Below, piece by piece: positions 51,340 to 64,000 of a stretch of 64,000 nt of DNA. The position numbers and the translations under genes were made by a program. The stretch covers positions 254,450,001-254,514,000 of the forward strand of contig NC_086097.1 in NCBI RefSeq assembly GCF_963921235.1, given 5' to 3'. The DNA comes from Mobula hypostoma (Eukaryota). The notes beneath the pieces are model-generated. The model had not been told where the DNA came from, did not search any database, and saw only the letters and a list, made by a program, of their open reading frames with translations. How positions within the stretch are numbered: the first letter of the stretch is position 1; every line of letters starts with the position of its first letter.

Positions 51340-53390
51340 CATAAGAACATAAGACATAGCAGCAGAATTCGGCCATTTGGTCCATTGACTCTGCTCCACC
51401 ATTCAATCATGGCTGATCCTTTTTGCTTTCCTCAGCCCCACTTCCCGGCTTTTTCCCTGTAACCTTTGATGCCGTGTCCAATCAAGAACCTACCCAACGA
51501 CCTGGCCTCCACAGCTGCCTGTGTTAATCAATTCCACAAATCCACCAGCTTTTGGATAAAGACATTTCTCTGCATCTCTGTTTTAAATGGATGCCCCTCT
51601 ATCCCGAGGCTGTGCCCTCTTGACCTAGACTTGCCACAATGGGTAACACTTTTTCCACATTTATTCTGCCTGAGTCTTTCAACATTCCAAATGTTTCAAT
51701 GAGATATCCTCTCATCCTTCTAAATTCCAGCGAGTACAGACCCAGAGTCATCAAATGTTCCTGGAATAACCGTTCCATTCCTGGAATCATCCTTGTGAAC
51801 CTCCTCTGAGTCCTCCCCAATGCCAGCACATCATTTCTTAGATGATGATCACAAAACTGTTGACAATACTCAAGGTGAGGATTCACCAGTGCCTTATAAA
51901 GCCTCAGCATCACATCTCTGCTCTTGTATTCCAGATCTCTTCAAATGAACACCTGAACACATCCCTCTGCAACTGGATCCTAGACTTCCTGACTGGGACA
52001 CCCCAGTCAGTCCAGATCGGGAGCAGCATCTCCAAGACCATCACACTGAGCATGGGGGCCCCCCAGGGCTGTGTGCTCAGTCCACTGCTGTTCACTCTGC
52101 TGACCCACGTCTGTGCTGCAACACACAGCTCGAACCACATCATCAAGTTCGCCGATGACACTACCGTGTTGGGTTTCATCAGCAAGAACGATGAGTCAGC
52201 ATACAGAGAGGAGGTGCAGCGGCTAACGGACTGGTGCAGAGCCAACAACCTGTCTCTGAATGTGAACAAAACAAAAGAGATGGTTGTTGACTTCAGGAGG
52301 ACACGGAGCGACCACTCTTCGCTGAACGTCGTTGACTTCTCTGTAGAGATTGTTAAGAGCACCAAATTTCTTGGTGTTCACCTGGAAGAGAAATTCACCT
52401 GGTCCCTCAACACCAGCTCCATAGCAAAGAAAGCCCAGCAGCATCTCTACTTTCTGCGAAGGCTGAAAAAAGTCCATCTCCCACCCCCCATCCTCAACAC
52501 ATTCTACAGAGGTTGTATTGAGAGCATCCTGAGCAGCTGCGTCACTGCCTGGTTCGGAAATTGTACCATCTCGGATCGCAAGACCCTGCAGCGGATAGTG
52601 AGGTCAGCTGAGAAGATCATCGGGGTCTCTCTTCCCGCCATCACAGACATTTACACCAAACGCTGCATCCGCAAGGTAAACAGCATTATGTAGGACCCCA
52701 CGCACCCCTCATACACACTCTTCTCCCTCCTGCCATCTGGCAAAAGGCACCGAAGCATTCGGGCTCTCACGACCAGACTATGTAACAGTTTCTTCCCCCA
52801 AGTCATCAGCCTCCTCAATACCCAGAGCCTGGACTGACACCAACCTACTGCCCTCTACTGTGCCTATTGTCTTGTTTATTATTTATTGTAATGCGTGCAC
52901 TGTTTTGTGCACTTTATGCAGTCCTGGGTAGGTCTGTAGTCTAGTGTAGTTTTGTGTTGTTTTACGTAGTTCAGTGTAGTTTTTGTATTGTTCATGTAGC
53001 ACCCTGGTCCTGAAAAACTTTGTCTCATTTTTACTGTGTACTGTACCAGCAGTTACGGTCGAAATTACAATAAAAAGTGACTTGACTTGAAATGAATGCT
53101 AACATGGCATTGGCCTTCCTCACTACTGACTCAGCCTGCAAGTTTACCTTCAGGGGTGTTCTGCACAAGGACTCCCGAGTCCCTTGGCATCTCAGATTTT
53201 TGGATTTTCTCCCAATTTAGAAAATAGTCTGCACATTTATTTCTACTACCAAAGTGCATAGCCATGCATTTTCCAGCATTGTATTTCATTTGCCACTTTC
53301 TTGCCCATTCTCCTTATCTGTCTAAGTCCTTCTGCAGCCTACCTGTTTCCTCAACATGACCTACCCCTCCATCAATCTTCATATCATCTT
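51340..53390 (-). mobile_element. CR1 3' fragment interrupted by a Rex1-like insertion
   Basis: CR1 C-terminus 51599-51913 continues beyond 53096. Confidence 0.75.
51950..53089 (+). mobile_element. 5'-truncated Rex1/Babar-like LINE
   Basis: [23 protein letters not shown] and a (gactt)n tail; apparent TSD aaatgaa (51943-51949 and 53090-53096). Confidence 0.85.
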
Positions 53391-54671
53391 TCAGTCATCC
53401 CCACTCCCCTGCTTTCACCCCATACCTTTTGATGCCCTAGCTAATCAAGAACCTATCTATCTCTGCCTTAAATACACCCAATGACTTGGCCTCCACAACC
53501 ACTAATGGCAACAAATTTCACAGATTTACCACCCTCTGACTAAAGTAATTTCTCCGCATCTCATTTCTAAAAGGACATCTTTCAATCCTGAAGTCGTGCC
53601 CTCATCTCCTAGAATCAATTCCCATGGGAAGTAACTTTGCCATATCTAATCTGTTCAGGCCTTTTAATATTCAGAATGTTTCTATGAGATTCCCCCCTCA
53701 TTCTCCTGAACTCCAGGGAATACAGCCCAAGAGCTGCCAGACATTCCTCATAAGGTAACCCTTTCAATCCTGGAATCATTCTCGTGAATCTTCTCTGAAC
53801 CCTCTCCAATGTTAGTCAGTATATCCCTTCTAAAATAAGGAGCCCAAAACTGCACACAATACTCCAAATGTGGTCTCATGAGTGCCTTACAGAGCCTCAA
53901 CATCAAATCCCCTCTCTTATATTCTATACCTCTAGAAATGAATGCCAACATTGCATTTGCTTTCTTCACCACTAACTCAGCCTGGAGGTTAATCTTTAGG
54001 GTATCCTGCACAAGGACTCCCAAGTCCCTTTGCATCTCTGCATTTTGAATTCTCTCCCCATCTAAATAATAGTCTGCCCATTTATTTCTTCCACCGAAGT
54101 GCATGACCATACACTTTCTAAAATTGTATTTCATTTGCCACTTCTTTGCCCATTCCCCTAAACTATCTAAGTCTCTCTGCAGGCTCTCTGTTTCATCAAC
54201 ACTACCTGGTCCTCCACCTATCTTTGTATCATCGGCAAATTTAGCCACAAATCCATTAATAATGTAGTCCAATTCGTTGATATACATCGTAAAAAGCAGC
54301 GGTTCCAACACCGACCCCTGTGGAACTCCACTGGTAACTGGCAGCCAGCCAGAATAGGAACCCTTTATTCCCACTCTCTGTTTTCTGCTGACCAGCCAAT
54401 GCTCCACCCATGCTAGTAACTCCCCTGTAATTCCATGGGCTCTTATCTTGCTAAGCAGACTCATGGGCGACACCTTGTCAAAGGCCTTTTGAAAGTCCAA
54501 GTACACCACGTCTACTGCATCTCCTTTGTCTACCCTGCTTGAAATTTCCTCAAAGAATTGCAGTAGGTTTGACAGGCAGGATTTTCCTTTCAGGAAACCA
54601 TGGTGGCTTTGGCCTATTTTGTCATGTGCCTCCAGGTACTCCGTAATCTCATCCCTAACAATCAATTCCAA
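53390..54671 (-). mobile_element. CR1 LINE RT fragment
   Basis: 307-aa ORF with DFQKAFDK, GVPQGS and FADDTK. Confidence 0.9.
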
Positions 54672-55971
54672 TGGACTTCAAGATGAAGGTAAGATGAAGG
54701 AACACATACCAATCCTCATAGAGAGATCAGAAGTGGAGAGAGTGAGCAGTTTCAAGTTCCTGGGTGTCAAGGTCTCTGGGAATCTAACTTCGATACAGTT
54801 ATAAACCATATAACCATATAACAATTACAGCACGGAAACAGGCCATCTCAGCCCTTCTAGTCCGTGCCGAACTCTTACTCTCACCTGGTCCCACCGACTT
54901 ACACTCAGCCCATAACCCTCCATTCCTTTCCTGTCCATATATCTATCCAATTTAACTTTAAATGACAATATCAAACCTGCCTCAACCACTTCTGCTGGAA
55001 GCTCGTTCCACACAGCTACCACTCTCTGAGTAAAGAAGTTCCCCCTCATGTTACCCCTAAACTTTTGCCCTTTAACTCTCAACTCATGTCCTCTTGTTTG
55101 AATCTCCCCCACTCTCAACGGAAAATGCCTATCCACATCAACTCTATCTATCCCCTCATAATTTTAAACACCTCTATCAAGTCCCCCCTCAACCTTCTAC
55201 ATTCCAAACAATAAAGACCCAACTTGTTCAACCTTTCTCTGTAACTTAAGAGATGAAACCCAGGCAACATTCTAGTAAATCTCCTCTGTACTCTCTCAAT
55301 TTTATTTACATCTTTCCTATAATTCGGTGACCAGAACTGTAAAGAAGGCAATCCAGTGGCTATACTTCATTAGAAGTTTGAAGAGATTTTGCATGGCAAT
55401 AAGTACACTCAAAAACTTCTATAGATGTACTGTGGAGAGCATTCTGACAGGCTGCATCACTGTCTGGTATGGGGGAGGGTGGGGCTGCTCCACAGGACCG
55501 AAAGAAGCTGCAGGGGGTTGTAAATTTGATCGGTTCCATCTTGGGTACTAGCCTACAAAATACCCAGGCCATCTTCAGGGAGGGGTGTCTCAGAAAGGCA
55601 GTGTCCATTATTAAGGACCTCCAGCACCCAGGGCATGCCCTTTTCTCACTGTTACCATCAGGTAGGGGGTACAGAAGCCTGAAGGCACACACTCAGTGAT
55701 TCAGGAACAGCTTCTTCCCCTCTACCATCCGATTCCTAAATAGACATTTAACCCTTGGATACTACCTCACTGTTTTTAAATATACAGTATTTCTGTTTTT
55801 TGCATGTTTTTAATCTATTCCATATGCGTATACTGTATTGATTTACTTATTTATTTATTATTTGTATTTTTTTTCTTTTTCTATTTTATGTATTGCATTG
55901 AACTGCTGCTGCTAAGTTAACAAATTTCATGTCACATGCCTGATAATAAAAATGATTCTGATTCTGATTCT
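54672..55971 (+). mobile_element. Rex1-like 3' end with a nested minus-strand CR1 3' end (~54805-55335)
   Basis: VSSFKFLG, YRCTVESILT, HPGHALFSLLPSG; (gattct)n tail. Confidence 0.75.
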
Positions 55972-55976
55972 AAATA

Positions 55977-56506
55977 TACTCAGTGGCTACTTTAATCGGT
56001 ACCTCCTGTACCTAATAAAGTGGCCACTGAGTGTATATTCACGGTTTCTGCTGCTGTCGTCCATCCACTTCAAGGTTCGACATGTTGTGTGTTCAGAGAT
56101 GCTCTTCTGCACACCACTGTTGTAACGTGTGGTTATTTGAGTTACTGTCACCTTCCTGTCAGCTTGAACCAGTCTGGCCATTCTCCTCTGACCTCTCTCA
56201 GTAACAAGGCATTTTCACCCACAGAAGTTCTGATCACTGGAAGCTCTTTGTTTCTCGTACCATTCTCTTTAGTCCCTAGAAACTGATGCATATGTAAATC
56301 CCTGGAACAGATTCTGAGATTCTCAAACCACCCCATCTGGCACGAATAACCATTCCACAGTCAAACTCACTTAGATCAGACTTCTTCCCCATTCTGCTGT
56401 TTGGTCTGAACAATAACTGAACCTCTTGACCATGTCTGCATGCTTTTATGCCTTCAGTTGCTGGGCAAGTGCACGGGTGTACCTAATAGAGTGGCCACTG
56501 AGAGTG
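55977..56506 (-). mobile_element. Tc1/mariner non-autonomous relic
   Basis: TIR ~CACTCAGTGGCCACTTTATTAGGTACA with flanking TA; transposase N-terminal fragment ARLVQADRKVTVTQITTRYNSGVQKSISEHTTCRTLKWM. Confidence 0.75.
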
Positions 56507-57959
56507 CATTATCAATAAGGTAAATATTAGGATACTGTTCTTGCAATGTGTAAATTTGGATTTGTACATACCATCTACATTGAGAATATTAGTCACTATT
56601 TTCACTATTTTTTAAAGATACAGACTAGCTTCATTTATCACAAGTACATCAAAACACAGTAAAATGTGTTGTTTTTGCATCAACGACCAATACAATCCAG
56701 CTCACAAGCATTGCCACACATTCTGGCACCAACACTGTATGCCCACCGTTTACTAAACCTCACCTGTACATCTTTGGGAATGTGGGAGGAAACAGGAGCA
56801 CCCAGAGGAAACCCATGCGGCAGATATTGAACCCCGATCAGCAATATGTGGTGCCATAAAGCGATTGGGTTAACTGCTATGCTACAGTGCTGCTCAGCAC
56901 ACAAACACTATATATGCCTTAATCTTTCACAGACACAGCAACAAGTTTACATCATACGTTGTGTGGTTCCAGCCCTCTACGCAAGGTGCAACACAACACC
57001 ACTACTGGACAAAGGAAGATTGATAGTTTCTAGGCTGCAGTTAACTTGTTCAATTGAACAAGAATGGGAAAGAGATGAAATCACCGCTGTCCAGAATAAG
57101 AAATTTCAAATTTAGGCCCAGGTGCTTTCCTTTAATGAATGGCTCTTTGTAACAAGGAACAGTTATGACTTTCCGCTACACTGACTTTTACAAATTGCAA
57201 GTGATCACTTCAGAATTCGATTACAGCCCTTATCAAATCTTACTCACTGAGCGCATTTCTGATGTAAAACCTTGTAAGGGAAGACTACATTAATACTCCA
57301 GATGAAACAGATTGTTGGCACATAGACAAAAAAATCCCTTCGAGCCAAGGAACACTGAGATGTTCCTTTAACTCTGATTCTCCAGAGTTCAAAGTTCGAA
57401 GTAAATTTATTATCAAAGTACAGATACGTCACTATGTACAAACCTGAGATTGAATTCTCTTGCAGACATTCACAGTAAATACAAGAAACATAATAGAATC
57501 TGTGAAAGACCGCACCCAACAACAAACAGCCAATCTGCAAAAAAAAAGCACCATGATGATAACAGGTTTTACATTGGAGGGAGAAAATGAGGCATTCATC
57601 GTGTGGATAGTCAGAAGCTTTTCTCCAGGGCTGAAATGGCTAGCATGAGAGGGCACAGTTTTAAGGTGCTTGGAAGTAGGTACAGAGGAGATGTCAGGGG
57701 TAAGTTTTTTACTCAGAGAGTGGTGAGTGCATGGAATGGGCTGCCGGCGATGGTGGAGGCAGATATGATAAGGTCTTTTAAAAGACTCCTGGATGGCTCC
57801 CACATGGAGCTTAAAAAAATAGAGGGCTATGGGTAAGCCTAGGTAGTTCTAAGGTAGGGACATGTTCGGCACAGCATTGTGGGCTGAAGGCCTGAATTGT
57901 ATGTTTCCATGTAAGTTCCTTATTTGTAGCCACAAGAGCAGGGGGAGGTCCAGGGTTCT

Positions 57960-58795
57960 AGTTCAAGTCCAAGTTGATTGTCGTCTGGCTGTATATAAAC
58001 ACAACCAAACAAAACAGTGTTTCTCTGGTCCACAGTGACTCACAAAACATATATCACATAAACCAAAAAATAAACTAGAATACGAAATACATGTAGTGCA
58101 CAACACAAGAAAACGGTTAACAGCTCGCTGTCCTAGTGACGAGACCTCAGTGTGGCCGGGTACCGTGGGAAGAAGCTGTTACCCAGTCTGACAGTCCCAG
58201 TCCTGATGCCCCTGTACCTCCTTCCCGATGGTAGTAGGTCAGAGAGATTGTGGGATGGGTGGTCGGTAAATGTCACAAATAGGAGGGAGGGAGACCCTGG
58301 TGGGTTTGATAGCCTCGTGCAGAGCTGGACCAGTGCATTCAGTGGAGGGTCTCTCCTCAGACTGGGGCACGGGAGAGAGAGAGAGAGGCATTCCCACCCT
58401 TGGGTCACCAGTCCCAGGTACTTCCCTGTTCCTCACTGAAGACTGACAGCTCAGGAAATCAGAATCAAAATCAGGTTTATTATCCCCGACATTTGTTGTT
58501 TTGTGGCGGTATAGTGCAAGATATAATAATAAAAAATCACTGTAAGTGAGAAAGGAAATATAAAAAATAAATAAGAAGTGCAAAAGATAGCAAAATAGTG
58601 AGGTGTGTTCATGGGTTCAATGTCCATTCTGAAATCTGATGACAGAGGGGAAGAAGCTGTTCCCATAATGTTGAATGCGTATCTTCAGGCTCCTGTACCT
58701 CCTCCCTGATGGTAGCAGTGAGAAGAGGGCATGTCCTGGGTGATGGGGGTACTTAAAGACAGACGGTACCTTTCTGAGGCATTGCCTTTTGACCC
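57960..58795 (-). mobile_element. Two Rex1-like 3' end fragments
   Basis: HPSHNLSDLLPSGRRYR and HHPGHALFSLLPSGRRYRS. Confidence 0.65.
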
Positions 58796-59129
58796 AGATG
58801 CCAGTTATATACAGGCCTCCCAACAGTAGCTGGGATGTGAACCACAGATTACAACAGGAAATAGAAAAGTCAAGTCAAAAAGGGCAATGTTATGATATTC
58901 CTGCGAGACTTCAACTTGCCGGTCGATTGGGAAAATCAGATTGGTAATGGATCACAAGAGAGTGAGTTTGTTGAATGCCTACAAGATGGCTTTTCAGAGC
59001 AGTTTGCCATTGAGCCTTCTCGGGGATCAGCTGTATTGGATTGGGTGTTATGTAATGAACCAGGGGCAACAAGGGAGCTTAAGGTTAAGAAGCCCTCAGG
59101 GAAAACTTATTTTAGAAGCAGGTACTTAC

Positions 59130-60085
59130 TTTAGAAATTACCTGAGGTTACCCATAGCCCTCTATTTTTCTAAGCTCAATGTGCCTATCCAGGAGTCTCT
59201 TAAAAGACCCTATTGCATCCACCTCTACCACCATCGCTGGCAGCCCATTCCAGGCACTCACCACTCTTTTCATAAAAAACTTAGCCCTGACATCCCCTCA
59301 GAACCTATTTCCAAGCACCTTAAAACTATGCCGCCTTGTGTTAGCCATTTCAGCCCTGGGAAAAAGCCTCTGGCTATCCACACAATCAACGTCTCTCATC
59401 ATCTTGTACACCTCTATCAGGTCACCTCTCATACTCTGTCATTCCAAGGAGAAAAGGCCAAGTACACTCAACCTATTCTCATAAGGTACGCCCTCCAATC
59501 CAGGCAATGTCCTTGTAAATCTCCTCTGCACTCTCTCTATAGTAACTACATCCTTCTTGTAGTAAGGTGACCAGACTGAACTCAAAATGGGGTCTGACCA
59601 AGGTAACATTACCTCACAACTCTATAGCTGTAACATTATCTCACAACTCTTGAACTCAATCCCATGGTCAATGAAGGCCAACACACCATATGCCTTCTTA
59701 ACAACACTGTCAACCTGCACAGCAGCTTTGAATGTTCTATTAACATGGACCCCAAGATCTCTCTGATCCCCCACAATGCCAAGCATCTTACCATTAATGC
59801 TATATTCTGTCTTCAAACTTGATATACCAAAATGAACCACTTCACACTTATCTGGGTTGAACTCCATCTGCCACTTCTCAGCCCAGTTCTGCATCCTATC
59901 AATGTCCCTCTGTAACCTCTGACAACCCTCCACACTATCCACAACAACCCCGACCTTTGTGTCATCAGCAAATTTACTAACCCACCCCTCCACTTCCTCA
60001 TCCAGGTCATTGATAAAAATCTCAAAGAGAAGGGCTCTCAAAACAGATCCCTGTGGCACACCACTGGTCACCGACCTCCACGCAG
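59130..60085 (-). mobile_element. CR1 LINE RT/C-terminal fragment
   Basis: GVPQGSVL and KFADDTK. Confidence 0.85.
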
Positions 60086-60571
60086 AATCCTTTTAGAATG
60101 GAGATGAGAAGGAATTTTAGAAAAGAGATGAGAAGGAATTTTTCTAGCCAGGCAGGTGAATCTGGGGAATCCTTTGCCATAGGCAGCTGTGGAGGCAGAG
60201 TTTTTATGTATATTTAAGGTAGAGGTTGATAAATTCTTGATTAGTCAGGGCAAGAAAGGTTACAAGAGACAGCAGGAGATTGGGGTCAAGAGGAAAATTG
60301 GATCAGCCATGATGAAATGGTGGAACAGACTCAATCGGTCAAATGGCCTAATTCTGCTCCTATATCCTGTGGTCTTATTGTCTTACTATCTGCCAAGTTT
60401 CATGAAGAGAAAGGCCAAGTTATCTACTGGCTACTATTTTTACATACACATTGATGGGCTGGTTAAGAAGAATGTGCTGTAATGGCTGTCATTTGTCAGG
60501 GGGATTGAGTTCAAGAGATGTGAGGTAATGTATCAGCTGGAAAAACACTGATTAGACCACACTTGGAATAT

Positions 60572-62090
60572 CCCTTCCTACTTATGTTCGTGACACTTCT
60601 CATGCTCTGAAACCTTTCAATGATTTTATGTTCCCTGGCCCCCACTGCTTTATTTTCACCATGGATGTCCAGTCCCTATATACTTCCATCCCCCATCAGG
60701 AAGGTTTCAAAGCCCTCCGCTTCTTTTTGGATTCCAGACCTAACTAGTTCCCCTCTACCACCACTCTGCTCCGTCTAGCGGAATTAGTCCTTACTCTTAA
60801 TAATTTCTTCTTTGGCTCCTCCCACTTCCTCCAAACTAAAGGTGTAGCAATGGGAACCCGTATGGGTCCTAGCTATGCCTGCCTTTTTGTTGGCTTTGTG
60901 GATCAATCTATGTTCCAAACCTATTCTGGTATCTGTTCCCCACTTTTCCTTCGCAACATCGATGACTGCATTGGCGCTGCTTCCTGCACGCATGCTGAGC
61001 TCGTTGACTTTATTAACTTTGCCTCCAACTTTCACCCTGCCCTCAAGTTTACCTGGTCCATTTCCGACACCTCCCTTCCCTTTCTAGATCTTTCTGTCTC
61101 TGTCTCTGGAGACAGCTTATCCACTGATGTCTACTATAAGCCTACTGACTCTCACAGCTATCTGGACTATTCCTCTTCTCACCCTGTCTCTTGCAAAAAT
61201 GCCATCCCCTTCTTGCAATTTCTCCATCTCCGCCGCATCTGCTCTCAGGATGAGGCTTTTCATTCCAGGACGAAGGAGATGTCCTCCTTTTTTAAAGAAA
61301 GGGGCTTCCCTTCCTCCACTATCAACTCTGCTCTCAAACGCATCTCCCCCATTTCACACACATCTGCTCTTACTCCCGCCACCCCACTAGGAATAGGGTT
61401 CCTCTTGTTCTCACCTTTGGCGAGACCCGACGCAGACTGGGAGATCGTTTCGCTGAACACCTACGCTCTGTCCGCCAGAGTAAGCAGGATCTCCCAGTGG
61501 CCACACATTTTAATTCCACGTCCCATTCCCATTCTGATATGTCTATCCACGGCCTCCTCTACTGTAAAGATGAAGCCATACTCGGGTTGGAGGAACAACA
61601 CCTTATATTCCATCTGGGTAGCCTCCAACCTGATGGCATGAACATTGACTTCTCAAACTTCCGCTAATGCCCCACCTCCCCCTCGTACCCAATCCGTTAT
61701 TTATTTATATACACACATTCTTTTTCTCCCTCTGTCCCTCTCACTATACCTTTTGCCCATCCTCTGGGCTTCTTTCCCCCTCCCCCTTTTCCTTCTCCCT
61801 GGGCCTCCTGTCCCATGATCCTCTCATATCCCTTTTGCCAATCAACTGTCCAGCTCTTGGCTCCATCCTTCCCCCTCCTGTCTTCTCCTATCATTTTGGA
61901 TCTCCCCCTCCCCCTCCCACTTTCAAATCTCTTACTAGCTCTTCTTTCAGTTAGTCCTGACGAAGGGTCTCGGCCCGAAACCTCGACTGTACCTCTTCCT
62001 AGAGATGCTGCCTGACCTGCTGCGTTCACCAGCAATTTTTAAGTGTGTTGCTTGAAATTCCAGCATCTGTAGATTTCCTCGTGTTTGCGT
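60572..62090 (+). mobile_element. 5'-truncated, internally deleted Penelope-like element inserted in a CR1
   Basis: Closely matches 32155-33996; YIDD is mutated to NIDD; deletion near 61415; 10-bp TSD cttggaatat (60562-60571 and 62091-62100); hammerhead at 61953-61988 with GUC changed to CUC. Confidence 0.9.
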
Positions 62091-62673
62091 CTTGGAATAT
62101 TGTGATCAGTTCTGGTCACCTTATCAAGGCTGTGGGAGCTTTAGAGAGAGTGCAGAGGAGATATAATACACCTCCCTGATTGAAAGTATGTCTTCTGAGG
62201 ATAGGTTTCGGGCATTTCTCTCTGGAGTAAAGGAGCATGAGGGGTGACAATAGAGGTGTACGAGTTAATAACATGCATTGATCAGGTTAAGCCAGAGACT
62301 TTCCCCCAGGGCGGATATGGCTCATACAAAGGGGCATAATTTTAAGATGATTGGAGGAAAATATAAGGGAGATGTCTGAGGTTTTTTTTTTACACAGAGA
62401 TGGGTGGGTGTGTGGGAAACCCTGATGGGGTGGTGGTAAAGACAAATACATTAGGGACATTTACAAGACTCTTAGATGGGCACATGGATGATAGAAAAAT
62501 GGAGGGAATGTGGGAGGGAACGGTTGGAGTTGGTACAACATTGTGGGCTGAAGGGCCTATACTGTGCTGCAGTGTTCAATGTTCTAATATCCTGCCACAA
62601 CCTCCAGAACAACAGGATGCAGGAACCCACTCTTGCCAGCAGCACAGCTGAAGTTCCCACCATGAAGGAGAAA

Positions 62674-62906
62674 CCGGATGTAGGATTGGGGGAGAGTTGC
62701 CCCTGATGCCCCCCTTGTCGTGGGGTTTCAATCCAGATGTAGGGTTGGGGGAGAGTTGCCCCTGATGCCCCCCTTGTCCTGGGGTTTCAAACCGGATGTA
62801 GGTTTGGGGGAGAGTTGCCCCTGATGCCCCCTTTGTCCTGGAGTTTCAAACCGGATGTAGGGTTGGGGGAGAGTTGCCCCTGATGCCCCCCTTGTCCTGG
62901 GGTTTG
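62674..62906. repeat. G-rich minisatellite, ~59-bp unit, 4 copies
   Basis: ccggatgtagggttgggggagagttgcccctgatgcccccttgtcctggggtttcaaa repeated. Confidence 0.9.
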
Positions 62907-63946
62907 ATAGGTCCAACCTGAGGCACCTTTCACTGGCCACATTTGGGAGACGAGGTGACGCTCTGCTCTCAGAAATCCTCCCAAAAGCTCTAGAACGATT
63001 GCAGGCCACACTGCTTGACTAGAACACTGAGGGCATTCCAGAGTTCAGAGTACAATCCTCCGTAAGGAGTTTGTACATTCTCCCCGTGACCCCTGAGTTC
63101 CTCCAGGTGCTCCAGATTCTCCCATTGTCCAAAGACACATTGGTTGCTAGGTTAACACATCGGTTGCTAGGTTAATTTGGGGATTGTAAATTGTCCCGTG
63201 ATAGGGCTAAGGTTAAGTCGGTGGGTTGCTGGGCAGTGTGGCTTCGTGGCTGCACCCAAATAAGGACAGAAAACAACACCAGATTACAGACTCTTCATCC
63301 CACAATGTTGTGTTTTCTGTATATTACATTATACCTCTGCAGGACAACTGTGAATTTTCAGTGTCACCATGTGGAATTGGCTACTGGTACAGAGGTGCAA
63401 TTCCCAAGTAATCAGAACTATTCAAAAGCTCAATTCTGAATAAGAAACATCCTGATAAAGGGTCTCAGTCCAAAATGTCCTCTCTGTAGATGCTGCCTGA
63501 CCTGCTGAGTTCCTACAGTATTCTGTGTGGACTTCCAGCATCTGCAGAATCCCTTGTGTTTATGGCGAGTATATAATCTCAGTTTGCTCAAGGTCCAAAA
63601 CACAAACAACCATAAAAACGGACTGTTTCTAACAGTCAGCCAACCTTGACCATATTACTGTTGACAGGCACACAGAGACAATGTGAACTAATTCAGTTCA
63701 ACAGAGGAAACCTGATTTCACAGCTGATTATATTACTATTCACCAAATACTAATTTGTCTTTAATCACTCATATTATTGGATGTTGACAGAACTGTACTG
63801 GAAGAAATAATTAATTACCCAAATGTGAAGACAAGATTTGATTTGTCAGTATCCATAAGAGTCTTGACAGATGACTCAGCCATTGCCCAGACCGGCTACC
63901 CTCATTATATTACACCAAATGTGTTGCACATTATATTACATGGACC

Positions 63947-64000
63947 ACATTACACTCATTATAATACACTGACTGCATTACACATTATAATACACTGACT
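63947..64000. repeat. Start of a ~26-bp tandem repeat at the window edge
   Basis: cattataatacactgact occurs twice. Confidence 0.55.

Noticed and set aside
57241..57275. Possible minus-strand micro-exon (aag|...|gtgagt)
   Set aside because: Weak acceptor, and no match to the upstream CABLES peptide I expected (HFIKNMRQ-like).

Overview
Vertebrate genomic DNA, most likely a cartilaginous fish (inferred from its mix of CR1, HE1/V-SINE-like, Rex1 and Penelope repeats). The window lies inside a minus-strand CABLES1 gene. Three small coding exons (49441-49518, 28406-28511, 5125-5281) have canonical AG/GT ends and splice in frame; none appears as a proper gene in the ORF track. The introns (about 21 and 23 kb) are mostly nested retroelements. 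Highlights: (1) a very young Gmr1-like Gypsy LTR element (19873-24754; near-identical LTRs, CAGT TSD) whose single open 968-aa ORF keeps Gag and protease but only catalytically dead relics of IN, RT and RNase H; (2) Penelope-like elements with minimal hammerhead ribozymes, one intact copy lying in the host pre-mRNA sense; (3) inverted pairs of closely related repeats bracketing the host exons; (4) a Tc1 relic with three TIRs and several minisatellites. Protein identifications rest on motif recognition, not database searches. Boundaries of degraded repeats are approximate.
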